Positions 50,184 to 60,745 of a stretch of 64,000 bases of DNA are shown here, in pieces; the stretch's first letter is position 1; the number at the start of each line of letters is the position of its first letter. The notes under the pieces are model-generated. The model ran no database searches and was not told the DNA's origin. It worked only from the letters and a program-made list of their open reading frames with translations. A program made the position numbers and the translations under genes. The DNA is from an uncultured virus (IMG/VR IMGVR_UViG_3300001605_000028) (Duplodnaviria > Heunggongvirae > Uroviricota > Caudoviricetes), in IMG/VR virus record IMGVR_UViG_3300001605_000028. One strand, given 5' to 3'.

Positions 50184-51055
50184 TTGTAGTCACAGGCGCC
50201 GCAGGCTTTATCGGATCAAATTTAGTAAAAGAACTTAATCGACAAGGCATTGATGATATTATTTTAGTTGATGATCTAATCGAGTCAAAGGTAAAAAATA
50301 TTTCAACCCTTAGGTATAGTAGACTGCTGTCTATTAACTATTTCTTTAATACGTTCGATCAGTGGTCAGATGTAACTGTGATCTTTCATGAAGGTGCGAT
50401 ATCATCAACTACTGAGCAAAACTTAGCATTAATTCAATCTAGGAATCAAACACCCACTCGGTACTTAATTGAAAAATCTCTACAATACGGATTTTTATTG
50501 TCCTATGCTAGCTCAGCATCAGTGTACGGTGATTCGACTACATTTAAAGAAAGCGACGCATTAAACCCGCAGTCGTTGTACGCCAAAAGCAAAGCTGACA
50601 TTGATCAATATGTTAATACTATCAGTGGAAATATCCAAGGGTGGCGATATTTTAATGTCTATGGCCATAACGAAGAACACAAATTAGACCAAGCCAGCCC
50701 TGTTTCTAAATTTATTCAACAGGCTGTAGATCACAGAGAAATTTTATTATTTGAAGGCAGTGAAAACTACCTTAGAGATTTTATTTCGGTAGATGATGTT
50801 GTTAAAATAAAAATTAAAGCTTCATCGATGAATGTTACTGGAATCTATAATCTTGGAACCGGTGTCGAACATTCTTTTAGTCATATAGCAGAGTGTGTTG
50901 CCGATAAGTTTAATTGTAAAATTACTGAAATACCCTTTCCGGCTAGGTTAGTAGGGCAGTATCAGAAGTTTACCAAAGCAAATACTGATAAACTAAAAAC
51001 TCTAGTTGACGACTATAGCTTTATCTCGCCATCTGCTTATATTCGTGAACTTTAA
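50180..51055 (+). CDS. rfaD: ADP-L-glycero-D-manno-heptose 6-epimerase
   Basis: MIVVTGAAGFIGSNLVKELN, IFHEGAISSTTE, YASSASVYG, YAKSK, RYFNVYG, YQKFTKA. Confidence 0.9.
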   Translation: MIVVTGAAGFIGSNLVKELNRQGIDDIILVDDLIESKVKNISTLRYSRLLSINYFFNTFDQWSDVTVIFHEGAISSTTEQNLALIQSRNQTPTRYLIEKSLQYGFLLSYASSASVYGDSTTFKESDALNPQSLYAKSKADIDQYVNTISGNIQGWRYFNVYGHNEEHKLDQASPVSKFIQQAVDHREILLFEGSENYLRDFISVDDVVKIKIKASSMNVTGIYNLGTGVEHSFSHIAECVADKFNCKITEIPFPARLVGQYQKFTKANTDKLKTLVDDYSFISPSAYIREL

Positions 51056-51290
51056 TATCTAATTCTTTTTTTACTTTAGATATCTGCGATTTAAGTTCTT
51101 GATGTAGAGTATAGTTAAGAGAATTAGTAGTTAGCTCAAACAAGCTGGCATCGATCTTATCGGCTAACTCTAAAAATTTTTTATATAATCGTTGAACGTG
51201 TTCTTTTTCGGAACCGCTTAACGAAGCAAGATATTGTTCAATTTCTTGACAATCCTTTTTAAAATTTTTATGATTTTTAATGCTGATCAT
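51021..51290 (-). CDS. hypothetical protein
   Basis: 89-aa helical ORF, last gene of the minus-strand block. Confidence 0.5.
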   Translation of the reverse strand: MISIKNHKNFKKDCQEIEQYLASLSGSEKEHVQRLYKKFLELADKIDASLFELTTNSLNYTLHQELKSQISKVKKELDIKVHEYKQMAR

Positions 51291-51672
51291 CTGAGTTCCC
51301 CATTAGTAAAATAGTATCAATTTTAGTTTTTACGATTTTATCAGTTAATGTAGATTTTAGACCTGTATGTATGTTCTTTGGTAGATCGTCTAACACTGCC
51401 CAACAATATGTTTCGTTAGTAGTCAGTGTAAATTCATTATCAACTAAGCAGATAAAAGTTCCAAATTCAAATCCCTGATCTTGACTAGTGTACAATTCGA
51501 TAGGTATTAATCGATATTCGTTTCGATAATATGAATTGATCAGTTGTTTAGAATCGTCAAATACTGTACCGCTTCGTGGAAAGAAGGGCACAGTCCATTT
51601 ACCGTCTTTTAGGGTCATTAGAATCTTTGAAGATTTTTTAGAAATGAAAAGGATCCCGGCATGTTTCTGCAT
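51277..51672 (-). CDS. degenerate NUDIX-fold protein
   Basis: AGILF...KIL...KWTVP...F-x-F-x-TF-x-C-x-V-x-x-EF...Y-x-W...LP-x-x-x-H-x-GL layout; the Nudix box is not intact; ATG at 51672. Confidence 0.45.
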   Translation of the reverse strand: MQKHAGILFISKKSSKILMTLKDGKWTVPFFPRSGTVFDDSKQLINSYYRNEYRLIPIELYTSQDQGFEFGTFICLVDNEFTLTTNETYCWAVLDDLPKNIHTGLKSTLTDKIVKTKIDTILLMGNSDDQH

Positions 51673-51683
51673 GCTAGTATGTA

Positions 51684-53111
51684 TCATCCTTCTAGATCAA
51701 AGTTCCAATATCCGGCTGTGTATTCACCTTCGAACGACTTAAGCCACTGTTGACCTTCCCATTTATACTGAACGCCAGTTCTTAGATTTTTAACATAGTA
51801 AACATCGGTTCGTTCGTCGGCAGGATCAAAAATAACATTCCATGTTGTTCCGTTCCATTCGACGATAGAGTTAGCCGCAGCAACAAAGTCGCTGTTATTT
51901 GAATTTTTCCAAGCATCGGCTCCGTCGGTGTTGTTAACGTTACCTATGTCATCTAATATCAAATATCGTACACTGGCTGTTAGACTATCTCTAGGATCAA
52001 AGGTTTGGGGATTGATGATAGCAGTAATTAATAAATCGTTTCTTGGAGCAGTCTCGTTGTCAAAACTCACTACTAGAAAACTACTGTCTAACTCATTGAT
52101 AGAAAAAGTTCCAACTAGATCGTATCCGTTAGGCTGTGTAAATCGTATTCTACTAATACCTGGTTTATATTTTCCATACTGAGGAATAATCCTATTCCAA
52201 TCGATGATTAGGCCGCCCTTCTTAGGAACATCGAGGCCAGATTCTATGATTGCTTCGTGCGGATCTAGTGCGCTGACATAATAAACACCAGTATCGACTC
52301 CGGTAACAGTTTTCGAAGAAAGTAATAGTACTCCAAAATTTCCAGGAGTTGTTATAATTGATGTTTTCTTAATATCGGGAGTATCTGGATCTTCATTATA
52401 TGCTAGCTCACTGAGTGATTTTAGCTGTCCACTATCATCAAAAATATTCATGATAATGTTCTGTACCACACCTAGTTTCTTGACCTTAACAGGAGGTGAA
52501 ATATAAATCGGTATTTCAAAGTCCATACTACAGACATCGATATCGGTTTCTGTGCCCTGTGGTATTGTTCTATTAGAAAATTGAAGACCAGTTAATTCAA
52601 CTACGCTTAAACTAGTCCAGTCAATATAATTGTCGGTGGTTTGAATTTCTAAGCTAGGTTTGAACAGCATAGTGATCTGTTCGATAATTTGTAATTTTTG
52701 ATCCGTGTTTGATGACCATATGTCTGCTCGCATGGTCAAGGTATACGGAGTAGGCATTAATCTTTCTACAGTATATCCTGGCCCTTGTGTATTGAGATAG
52801 ATCGGATTGCCATCTTCGTCAAATTCTTCGTAGTCTCGTTCTCTAACATGGACCTTAGAAACAAAACTAGGGTCAGCTAGTCTGTTTCGGTCTAATTCAA
52901 GACCAGTGATATAGCATGATATCTTAGGAACTGACATCATTTTATTTTCTGAATTTTCTTTGATGATGTTAGCGACCTGTCTAGTCATGTCTCCGTAGAC
53001 CACAGGAATAGTTTTTAATGTGCCATCGCTAGCTTGCCATTTAAAACCGATAAAAATCCGCATAAACTGCGTTACATATCGGCGTATTTGTCCGTCATAA
53101 AACCAATCCAT
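51684..53111 (-). CDS. gp15: tail sheath stabiliser/tail terminator (T4 gp15-like) with C-terminal extension
   Basis: FYDGQIRRY...IPVVYGD...MPTPYTL...DQKLQIIEQI-x-x-LF-x-P; next to the neck genes. Confidence 0.8.
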   Translation of the reverse strand: MDWFYDGQIRRYVTQFMRIFIGFKWQASDGTLKTIPVVYGDMTRQVANIIKENSENKMMSVPKISCYITGLELDRNRLADPSFVSKVHVRERDYEEFDEDGNPIYLNTQGPGYTVERLMPTPYTLTMRADIWSSNTDQKLQIIEQITMLFKPSLEIQTTDNYIDWTSLSVVELTGLQFSNRTIPQGTETDIDVCSMDFEIPIYISPPVKVKKLGVVQNIIMNIFDDSGQLKSLSELAYNEDPDTPDIKKTSIITTPGNFGVLLLSSKTVTGVDTGVYYVSALDPHEAIIESGLDVPKKGGLIIDWNRIIPQYGKYKPGISRIRFTQPNGYDLVGTFSINELDSSFLVVSFDNETAPRNDLLITAIINPQTFDPRDSLTASVRYLILDDIGNVNNTDGADAWKNSNNSDFVAAANSIVEWNGTTWNVIFDPADERTDVYYVKNLRTGVQYKWEGQQWLKSFEGEYTAGYWNFDLEG

Positions 53112-54412
53112 TATTCATCCGCCTTTGGTCTTAGTGCTTTTGATAAGCTTTGTTTCTCTGGAACTTGTTTGCCACCAATTGTATTAACTTTGGTGTTGTT
53201 AACAAATGTACCGGTCTGATTTAATCTTGGATCTGAATCGTCAGTCCCGTTTTGACTCATAGTCATTCTAACATTGTCCTCATATTTGACCCATCGTTTT
53301 CCATCGTATCGAAATAGTCTCTTAGGAAAATAGTCAGTACGGAGGCAGAATTGCCCCTCGACCGGTCTTCCCGGAAATGTAATACCACTAGTAAATGGAG
53401 CTCCGTTCGGTGTAACTCCGTCTTCGTGATAATTTTGATACCCATCCTTGGTAGGAGTGGCAAATATCATCGACGCACTCGCCGGAGTTCTAACTCCTAA
53501 CACTTCTAAATTAGTTTTAGTAGTTTGTACAGGATGCGGATCGTCGGGATTTTGTATCCGAGCCCCGCTCTGATCTATATAGAATCCATCTTGGTCTGTA
53601 ACATAATCTATAGAAGCATCAAGTGTAGAACCGTCAGCAGTTATTAATTTAACTTTTCCTAGTTCGTCTAACGGCACGGTATAGAACATCGACGTATTAT
53701 ACCCGCTCAACGGAGAATCTGCTTCAGCTTGATCTAATACTGCCTGTGTGATCTGCATTTCTGTTTCGTAGGTACTCATGATCTGTCGCAGAGTAGTGCT
53801 GTTGTCTTCGCCTGAGTCGTCAGCAAGACCATCTAGTATCTGTTTAAATTCTTGACTATCGACTAACGGAGAGCACTTGGCACGATACAGGTGTGGGTAC
53901 CATGTTACAGAAAATCCTTCTGCCGCCCTGTTGACTTCTTCGATAACATAAAATCTTTTTAGAGCAAATTTGAGATCGTTTAGGGCATGATCGTCTTTCA
54001 AGTGAGGTAACTCAATTACATCACCTGCGATAATTTTCCTGCCGATTTTTTCCACAGTATCGTTGATATGGAATGTAATAAACACTGTATCATTCTGTAA
54101 AAATAACCCGAATTGACTCAGATTAAAATCGATATCTTGTACGTTATATACACCTCGTAACAGATAGACGTCTGGATCGTATTTTCTATCTCTATTTTCT
54201 AAAAATAACAGATCCTGTATCTGTAGTTCGGGTGTTCCGCCAGTATATTCTGGTTGTGCGGGAGAACTGTCACCGACGGTTCGATCTCCGGGTCCAATGT
54301 ATTTGTGTACAAGCACATCTACACCACCAATTTGGAACATCTCCCAAATAGTTTTGTCGATAAACTTGTAATCTTTGCCCTTTTCTGGGCGGTAGAGGCT
54401 TAATCTTGGCAT
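53111..54412 (-). CDS. gp14: neck protein (T4 gp14-like)
   Basis: Start MPRLSLYRP at 54412; IQDLLFLENRDR, LSQFGLF, GDVIELPHL; between gp13 and gp15. Confidence 0.7.
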   Translation of the reverse strand: MPRLSLYRPEKGKDYKFIDKTIWEMFQIGGVDVLVHKYIGPGDRTVGDSSPAQPEYTGGTPELQIQDLLFLENRDRKYDPDVYLLRGVYNVQDIDFNLSQFGLFLQNDTVFITFHINDTVEKIGRKIIAGDVIELPHLKDDHALNDLKFALKRFYVIEEVNRAAEGFSVTWYPHLYRAKCSPLVDSQEFKQILDGLADDSGEDNSTTLRQIMSTYETEMQITQAVLDQAEADSPLSGYNTSMFYTVPLDELGKVKLITADGSTLDASIDYVTDQDGFYIDQSGARIQNPDDPHPVQTTKTNLEVLGVRTPASASMIFATPTKDGYQNYHEDGVTPNGAPFTSGITFPGRPVEGQFCLRTDYFPKRLFRYDGKRWVKYEDNVRMTMSQNGTDDSDPRLNQTGTFVNNTKVNTIGGKQVPEKQSLSKALRPKADE

Positions 54413-54446
54413 AGTTATATATTTACCCGCTACGATAAATACTAGC
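54413..54446. promoter_or_regulatory. back-to-back late promoters for gp14 (-) and gp13 (+)
   Basis: TATTTA 54420-54425 (TAAATA on the minus strand) and TAAATA 54436-54441 in a 34-bp intergenic gap. Confidence 0.65.
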
Positions 54447-55208
54447 ATGAACCAACTCGAACAAGAAAAACAAAAAGTCTACGATTTTTGCCGTACAATG
54501 TTAGGTGACGGCATGATCGATGTTGAACTCGACCCAAAACACTACGAAACTGCTCTAGAACGAGCTTTAGCTGTTTTTCGGCAACGCAGTGAAAACTCAG
54601 TTGAGGAGAGCTTCGCTTTTCTTCAGTTAGAAATTGACAAAAATGAGTATATACTGCCCAAGGAAATCCAGGTAGTTCGGGAAATTTACAGACGAAGCAT
54701 CGGATCTAGAAGCGGCGGCGGTGATGGCGGTACAGTATTTGAACCGTTTAACTTAGCCTATACAAATACCTACTTGTTAAGCTCAACTAACATGGGCGGA
54801 TTGTTAACCTACGAATTATTCGCAGCCTACCAAGAACGAGTTGGTAAAATGTTTGGTAGTTTTATACAGTTTACTTGGCACGCTCAGACTAGGAAATTAA
54901 CTATCCATCAGCGTCCGAGATCTAACGAAGAAATCATGCTGTGGGTCTACAACACTAGACCGGATCATGCTATACTTTCTGATACATATGCTGGCATCTG
55001 GATCAAAGACTATACGCTGGCTAATTGTAAAATGATGCTAGGTCAAGCTCGTGAAAAATTTGCTTCGATCGCTGGACCACAAGGCGGCACTGCGCTAAAT
55101 GGTAGTTCGATGAAACAAGAAGCGCTGGCAGATATCGAACGACTAACGCAAGAATTAGTCAACTTTGTTCCCGGAACTACCACCGGATACTCATTCGTAA
55201 TAGGATAA
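54447..55208 (+). CDS. gp13: neck protein (T4 gp13-like)
   Basis: LGDGMIDVELD, WIKDYTLA-x-CK-x-x-LGQAREKF-x-x-IAGPQGG-x-x-LNG. Confidence 0.85.
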   Translation: MNQLEQEKQKVYDFCRTMLGDGMIDVELDPKHYETALERALAVFRQRSENSVEESFAFLQLEIDKNEYILPKEIQVVREIYRRSIGSRSGGGDGGTVFEPFNLAYTNTYLLSSTNMGGLLTYELFAAYQERVGKMFGSFIQFTWHAQTRKLTIHQRPRSNEEIMLWVYNTRPDHAILSDTYAGIWIKDYTLANCKMMLGQAREKFASIAGPQGGTALNGSSMKQEALADIERLTQELVNFVPGTTTGYSFVIG

Positions 55209-55210
55209 TC

Positions 55211-55546
55211 ATGAGAGCTTGCGAATTTATCACAGAAGAAGAAGAGGCCCTATACGATGCTAAAATGGTTTGGGGCATGGGCAAGCACAGCAATCGAGGC
55301 GGCCAAGATAAATTAAAATTTAGATGTACATCGGGTCCTAGGAAAAGTAGACAGGTCAGTCATCCTAGTAAATGTCACGACCATCCCAACGTTGCTGCGG
55401 CTCAACGTATGAAAACTACTAGAGCTAGAACAGAAAAACAAGCAGCTCGCAGAACACAGCGTACAAAATCAATCAATACTGCCAGTGTATTGGCTAACAG
55501 GTTAAACAACCCCGGAAAAGCAAAAACACCAAAACCTTATTATTAA
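55211..55546 (+). CDS. small basic protein, possible internal head protein
   Basis: MRACEFITE N-terminus; Arg/Lys-rich body (KFRCTSGPRKSRQV). Confidence 0.55.
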   Translation: MRACEFITEEEEALYDAKMVWGMGKHSNRGGQDKLKFRCTSGPRKSRQVSHPSKCHDHPNVAAAQRMKTTRARTEKQAARRTQRTKSINTASVLANRLNNPGKAKTPKPYY

Positions 55547-55596
55547 TTTGAGTTTCACATAATAGTATGCTATACTGTCTATACTTGGAGGACGGT

Positions 55597-56208
55597 ATGA
55601 TTATAGGGATATGCGGATTCATAGGCAGCGGCAAAGACACTGTTGCTGATTATTTGGTTAACTTTCACGAGTTTCGTAGAGAATCATTTGCTAGCACTCT
55701 CAAAGATGCTGTAAGCGCGGTGTTTGGATGGGACCGGACGCTGTTAGAAGGGCGTACTAAGGAAGCCCGAGAGTGGCGAGAACAAGTAGATCCGTGGTGG
55801 GCAGAGCGCCTTGACATGCCTACACTTACTCCTAGATGGGTCCTTCAATATTGGGGCACAGAAGTTTGCCGTAGAGGCTTTCATGACGACACATGGATCG
55901 CTAGTTTAGAAAATAAACTGCGAAACTCCAAAGATAATGTTGTAATTTCAGACTGCCGTTTTCCGAACGAAATCAAAAGTATTAAAGAAGCGGGCGGAAT
56001 TATTGTATGGGTTAAACGCGGCGAGTTACCCGAATGGTACAATATTGCTGTTGAAGCCAATCAAGGCAACAGTATAGCAGCCAACGATCTAAAGATGAAG
56101 AAAATACACGCTTCTGAAACTGCTTGGGTAGGAACCCAGTTTGATTTTGTAATAGACAACAGTGGGTCTATAGAGGATCTGTTTAACAAAGTTAAAAATC
56201 TGCTATAA
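55597..56208 (+). CDS. deoxynucleoside monophosphate kinase (T4 gp1-like)
   Basis: IIGICGFIGSGKDT P-loop, SFASTLKD, TPRWVLQYWGTE, VISDCRFPNE, HASE. Confidence 0.92.
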   Translation: MIIGICGFIGSGKDTVADYLVNFHEFRRESFASTLKDAVSAVFGWDRTLLEGRTKEAREWREQVDPWWAERLDMPTLTPRWVLQYWGTEVCRRGFHDDTWIASLENKLRNSKDNVVISDCRFPNEIKSIKEAGGIIVWVKRGELPEWYNIAVEANQGNSIAANDLKMKKIHASETAWVGTQFDFVIDNSGSIEDLFNKVKNLL

Positions 56209-56529
56209 GATCGCCCTGCTTCCACTTAATGCCTTCTTTGGCAAGAACCCGTTGACAGTTAGCGCAAACTGTTTTTAGATTGCTGTGTTTACAGTTATCT
56301 AGATTCTCATCTACATGATAGACCGCAAATATTTCTGTATGTGACGATTTAAATCCGCAGCGGTCGCATTGGCTTTTCTTAACATACCCTGCTCTCTGCC
56401 ATCTCGGTATTCCGTAATATTTTCCGTTTCGTAGACATTTTTCGCTAAAGAGACCTATAGAAGGTCTTGCCTTCTTTGCGATAATTTACTGCTGCTGGTC
56501 TTTGACCGTCACTTACATAGTGGTCTCAT
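56192..56529 (-). CDS. Zn-finger HNH-family protein with indel frameshifts near its 5' end; absent from the ORF track
   Basis: Manual translation: MRPLCK(C)GQRPAAVNYRKEGKTFYRSL(C)EKCL...CDRCGFKS...VYHVDENLDNCKHSNLKTVCANCQR...GDLIADF*. Confidence 0.7.
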
Positions 56530-56644
56530 AGTATTATTTAAGAGATCTGGACCTTTTTGTCCCCTTTTATCACGACAATAACGGAGTATTTTTTTCCAAA
56601 CACACTAAATATTATACAAGTTTCAAACATTAGGAGATATTGGA

Positions 56645-59600
56645 ATGGCTCTACAATCCCCAGGCGTAGAAGTTACAGTCATAGACGAGAGGTTTTTATA
56701 CTAACCGGCAGAAGCTGGTACTACTCCGTTAGTTGTGGTAGCTACAGCGCAAGACAAAACAAATGCTAGCGGTACAGGTATCGCTCAAGGAACGCTTGCC
56801 GCTAACGCTGGCAGGGTATACAGGGTTTCTAGCCAAAGAGAATTGGTTGATTTCTTTGGTACACCAGTTTTTAAGAAAACTATCACAGGCGCACCACTTC
56901 ACGGTGATGAACAAAACGAGTACGGTTTACAGGCTGCGTATAGTCTGTTAGGAGTATCTAATTCTGCTTTTATTCTTAGAGCAGATGTAAATTTAAATGA
57001 TCTAACAGCACAGGCTTCTGTGCCAGGTTCGGAAGCAACCGACGGACAATGGTGGTTAGATACACAAAGTACAAGATGGGGAATTTTTCAGTGGGATGCT
57101 AGTCCGGCTAGAGTTGGCGGACAACGATTTGTTAACGTAACACCTATCGTAATCACACAAGACGAGCCTGAAAAACTAAGCGGTGATGCTCCAGCTACTG
57201 GAGTTGGACGTATTGGCGACTATGCTGTAGTAGTATCTACCGACGTAATTAGAATGTATGTTAAAGGAATATCTCCAAACGGAACAGTTAGCTGGCAAAT
57301 TCTCGGAAACGATGAGTGGAGAGCGTTTAATCCTACAGTGCTATCATTGAATAATGGTGTTAACGCAACCGTTGGACAGAACTTCGTTATTAACGGAACA
57401 TTAGTCACAGTTAATTCAACAGTGCTTTCAACTGTAGTCACAGATATTAACAATCTATCTATTCCAGGAGTAACCGCAGGTATCGTTGACGAAAGTCTTG
57501 CGCTATATGTTAGCGGTGTAACTGACTCAGCAGTAGTTGACTCCACAGAAAGCAAAGCAATCCATCTAGAAGACGGAACTGCTACTATCGCTGATGTGTT
57601 TGGTCAGCCAGCTGGCAGATATTATGCTCCAGATCTAGCTGTACAACCACACACTAGCGTACCTCAGTGGAGGTCTGATGCTTCATTACCGAGACCAGGT
57701 GGATCAGTCTGGGTTAAGACTACAGAACCAAACTTAGGTGCTCGCTGGAGAATGAAGCAGTGGAACGCACAAACTAAAGTATGGGCAGAAGTTGATGCTC
57801 CAGTATATGCGAATGGTCACAGCGCTGTTTACAATTTAGACAGAACAGCAGGTGGCGCTAGAATCGCTAGAGAAGCCTTATATGTTCAGTCAAACTACAC
57901 TGAAGATAGTGGATATGATAACACTCCGCAGACAGCTAGTTTTAGAATATTTGCTAGAAGAGCATCTGGGGCAGTATCGATTACTTCAAACGCAATTACT
58001 GCGATTTCAGCAGGATTGAAGTCCTTTTCGATAAGAGAAAGCAGACTAGGAACATCCTTGCTGTCAGCAGCGGCATCCATAAGTTTTACAGCCACAGGCA
58101 GTACTGCTGATGCTAACGCATTAGCACAGGCAATTAATAATTCTCAAGATTTAGAAAATATCGAAGCAACTGTTCTCAGCAACAACCGCGTTACAATCAC
58201 ACATAGATTAGGTGGCGAATTTAGAATATTAGATACCAGTGGTGTATTTGCTAATATCTTCGAAGGCGCATTTGATATCAGTGACGGTTCCGGTACCGCT
58301 AACCTATACGAAGCTCCAGTTGGTGAAACATATGACTATGTTGTAAGCGGCTGGTTACCGTTGGCAGGAACACCGACAGGGTATGTAGCATCATTAGATG
58401 CTCCTACAAACGACCCAGTTAACGGTCAGCGTTGGTATTCTAGTTTGATTGATCAAGTCGATATCATGATCCATAACGGAAGTACATGGGTCGGATATTT
58501 GAGTTCAGGCAGTCCATATTTCAACAACAGCAATGATCTAAAAACAGATCCAAATGGTCCAATAATCAGTGCTACAAGACCATCAGCCCAGAGCGACGGA
58601 ACACCGTTAAGAACTGGGGATCTATGGATCGACACTAGTGACTTGGAAAATTACCCAATGATCTACAAGTACAATGCGCAGCTAACTGACACAGCAGCGC
58701 CAAATCGTTGGATTCCTGTTGATAAGAACGACACTACTAGCGAAAATGGTGTTGTTTTTGGAGATGCTCGTTGGAGTACTTCTGGTAGTAACAGCGAAGC
58801 TGCGGACATTGACGTGTTATTAACTAATGACTTTCTAGACCCAGATGCTCCTGATCCAGCAATGTATCCTCGAGGAATCTTGTTATTCAATACTCGCAGA
58901 TCTGGCTTCAATGTAAAAGTCTATAGAGAAAACTATATCGATATTACTGCCGACAATGAAAGATTCAACAACGGCGAAGCTATGCTCAACTACGATAGAA
59001 ATCGCTGGGTTACTGATTCTGGCGCATTGTTTAGGAAGAAAAGCCCAACGAAGTGTTGTAGTATCGAGACTAAGAGCAGCGATAGCTACTAGCCAAGAGG
59101 TAAGAGAAAGCGAAGTTCGTAACTTTAATTTAATGTCTTGTCCAGGTTATCCTGAACTAATTCAAAATCTAATTAGAACTAAACGTAGATCGCGGATCGA
59201 CAGCATTTGTTGTAGGCGACACACCATTGAGATTGCCTGCCGATACAAATACAATCAGCAATTGGGGTAATAACCTAAACGGCGCAACCGATAACGGAGA
59301 TCAAGGTATNGTTAGCTTTGANGAGTACACTGGAGTTTTCTATCCAAGCGGCTTAACTACTGATAAATACTGGTAGTACTGTTATGGTTCCAGCAAGCCA
59401 CATGATGCTTAAGACAATCGCATTTAAGCGATCAAGTCAGTTATCCATGGTTTGCTCCAGCTGGTATCAGAAGAGGTGCTATCACTAACGCAACATCAGT
59501 AGGATATCTAGAAAGTAGAACAGGCGAATTTAGATCAGTTAACTTAACTGATTCACAGCGCGATGCCCTGTACAATGTCAAAGTAAACCCGATTACATTC

Positions 59601-59991
59601 TTTAATCGGTGTTGGTCTAGTTAACTACGGACAGCGCACACGAGCTGCTGGTTCATCTGCGCTTGATAGAATTAACGTAGCAAGACTGGTAATCTACCTA
59701 CGCAGCCAGCTAAACAGATTAGCAAAACCGTTTGTATTTGAACCTAACGACAAGATCACTAGGGACGAAATTAAACAAGTGGTAGAAAGTTTACTTTTAG
59801 AATTGGTCGGTTTACGAGCATTGTATGACTATGCTGTTGTCTGCGACGAAACAAACAACACACCGTCACGCATTGACAGAAACGAGCTCTATTTAGATAT
59901 CGCTATCGAACCAGTTAAATCGATCGAATTTATCTACATACCACTAAGACTTAAGAATACAGGAGAAATACAGGGAGCGAGATCGGCGTAA
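56645..59991 (+). CDS. gp18: contractile tail sheath protein (T4 gp18 family) with large insertion domains; several indel frameshifts
   Basis: MALQSPGVEVTVIDE at 56645; SQRELVDFFGTP, NEYGL; later fragments CPGYPEL, VPASHMM, YPWFAPAG-x-RRG, SALDRINVARL, VVCDETNNTPSRIDRNEL-x-x-DIAIEPVKSIEFIYIP. Confidence 0.9.
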
Positions 59992-60053
59992 TGGCTGGGG
60001 GCTAATCACCCCCATCTCATTATGATAAATAAAATTACCCGGAGCATACTAAT

Positions 60054-60683
60054 ATGGCAATTTCAACACTATCAAAATTAACAGTACCTTTAGCTACTGA
60101 TTCATCAGCGTCCAATCAAGGACTGTTGATGCCAAAGCTAAAGTATCGATTTAGAGTCATACTTCAAGGCTTCGGAGCGAATGGTACAGTATCAACTGAG
60201 CTTACAAAGCAGGTTATGGATATTACTCGTCCGAAGATTAACTTCGAAGAAATCGAAGTCCCAGTATACAACAGCAGAATTTATCTTGCTGGACGTCACA
60301 ACTGGGAACCGTTGACTCTGAATATGAGAGACGACGCTACAGGCGCTATTCAACGCCTATGCGGAGAACAGATTCAGAAACAATTTGACTTCTTTGAACA
60401 AGCAGGTGCCGCATCTGGCCAAGATTATAAGTTTTCAACTATGATCGAAGTATTAGACGGTGGCAACGGAGCACAAACACCAAATGTACTAGAAACATTT
60501 GAATGTTATGGTTGTTTTGTTCAGAACATCGATTACGGTGATCTAAACTACACCTCAAACGAACCAGCACAGATTACCCTTGCTATTCGTTACGATAACG
60601 CTATCCAATACAAAGGTGGCGGCATCGAAGGTATCGGCCGTAATATCGGAGCTAGAACTATTGGTTCTCTAACAACTGGCTAA
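60054..60683 (+). CDS. gp19: tail tube protein (T4 gp19 family)
   Basis: LMPKLKYRFRV, YNSRIYLAGRHNWEP, LNYTSNEP...IRYDNA; follows the sheath gene. Confidence 0.85.
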   Translation: MAISTLSKLTVPLATDSSASNQGLLMPKLKYRFRVILQGFGANGTVSTELTKQVMDITRPKINFEEIEVPVYNSRIYLAGRHNWEPLTLNMRDDATGAIQRLCGEQIQKQFDFFEQAGAASGQDYKFSTMIEVLDGGNGAQTPNVLETFECYGCFVQNIDYGDLNYTSNEPAQITLAIRYDNAIQYKGGGIEGIGRNIGARTIGSLTTG

Positions 60684-60699
60684 TAGCAGTTAACACATC

Positions 60700-60729
60700 A
60701 AAAGCTCAGTTAATAACTGGGCTTTTTTT
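60700..60729 (+). terminator. rho-independent terminator after the tail tube gene
   Basis: AAAAGCTCAGTTA-A-TAACTGGGCTTTTTTT. Confidence 0.8.
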
Positions 60730-60745
60730 GTGACTAAATAATTAT

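Noticed and set aside
56645..59991. Tail sheath as a pseudogene or intron-split gene
   Set aside because: All conserved motifs are present in order and the breaks are 1-nt indels near N bases, with no intervening intron-length sequence
59996..60014. Terminator between the sheath and tube genes (TGGGGG-CTAATCA-CCCCCA)
   Set aside because: The hairpin lacks a U tract; at most an mRNA stability or processing stem
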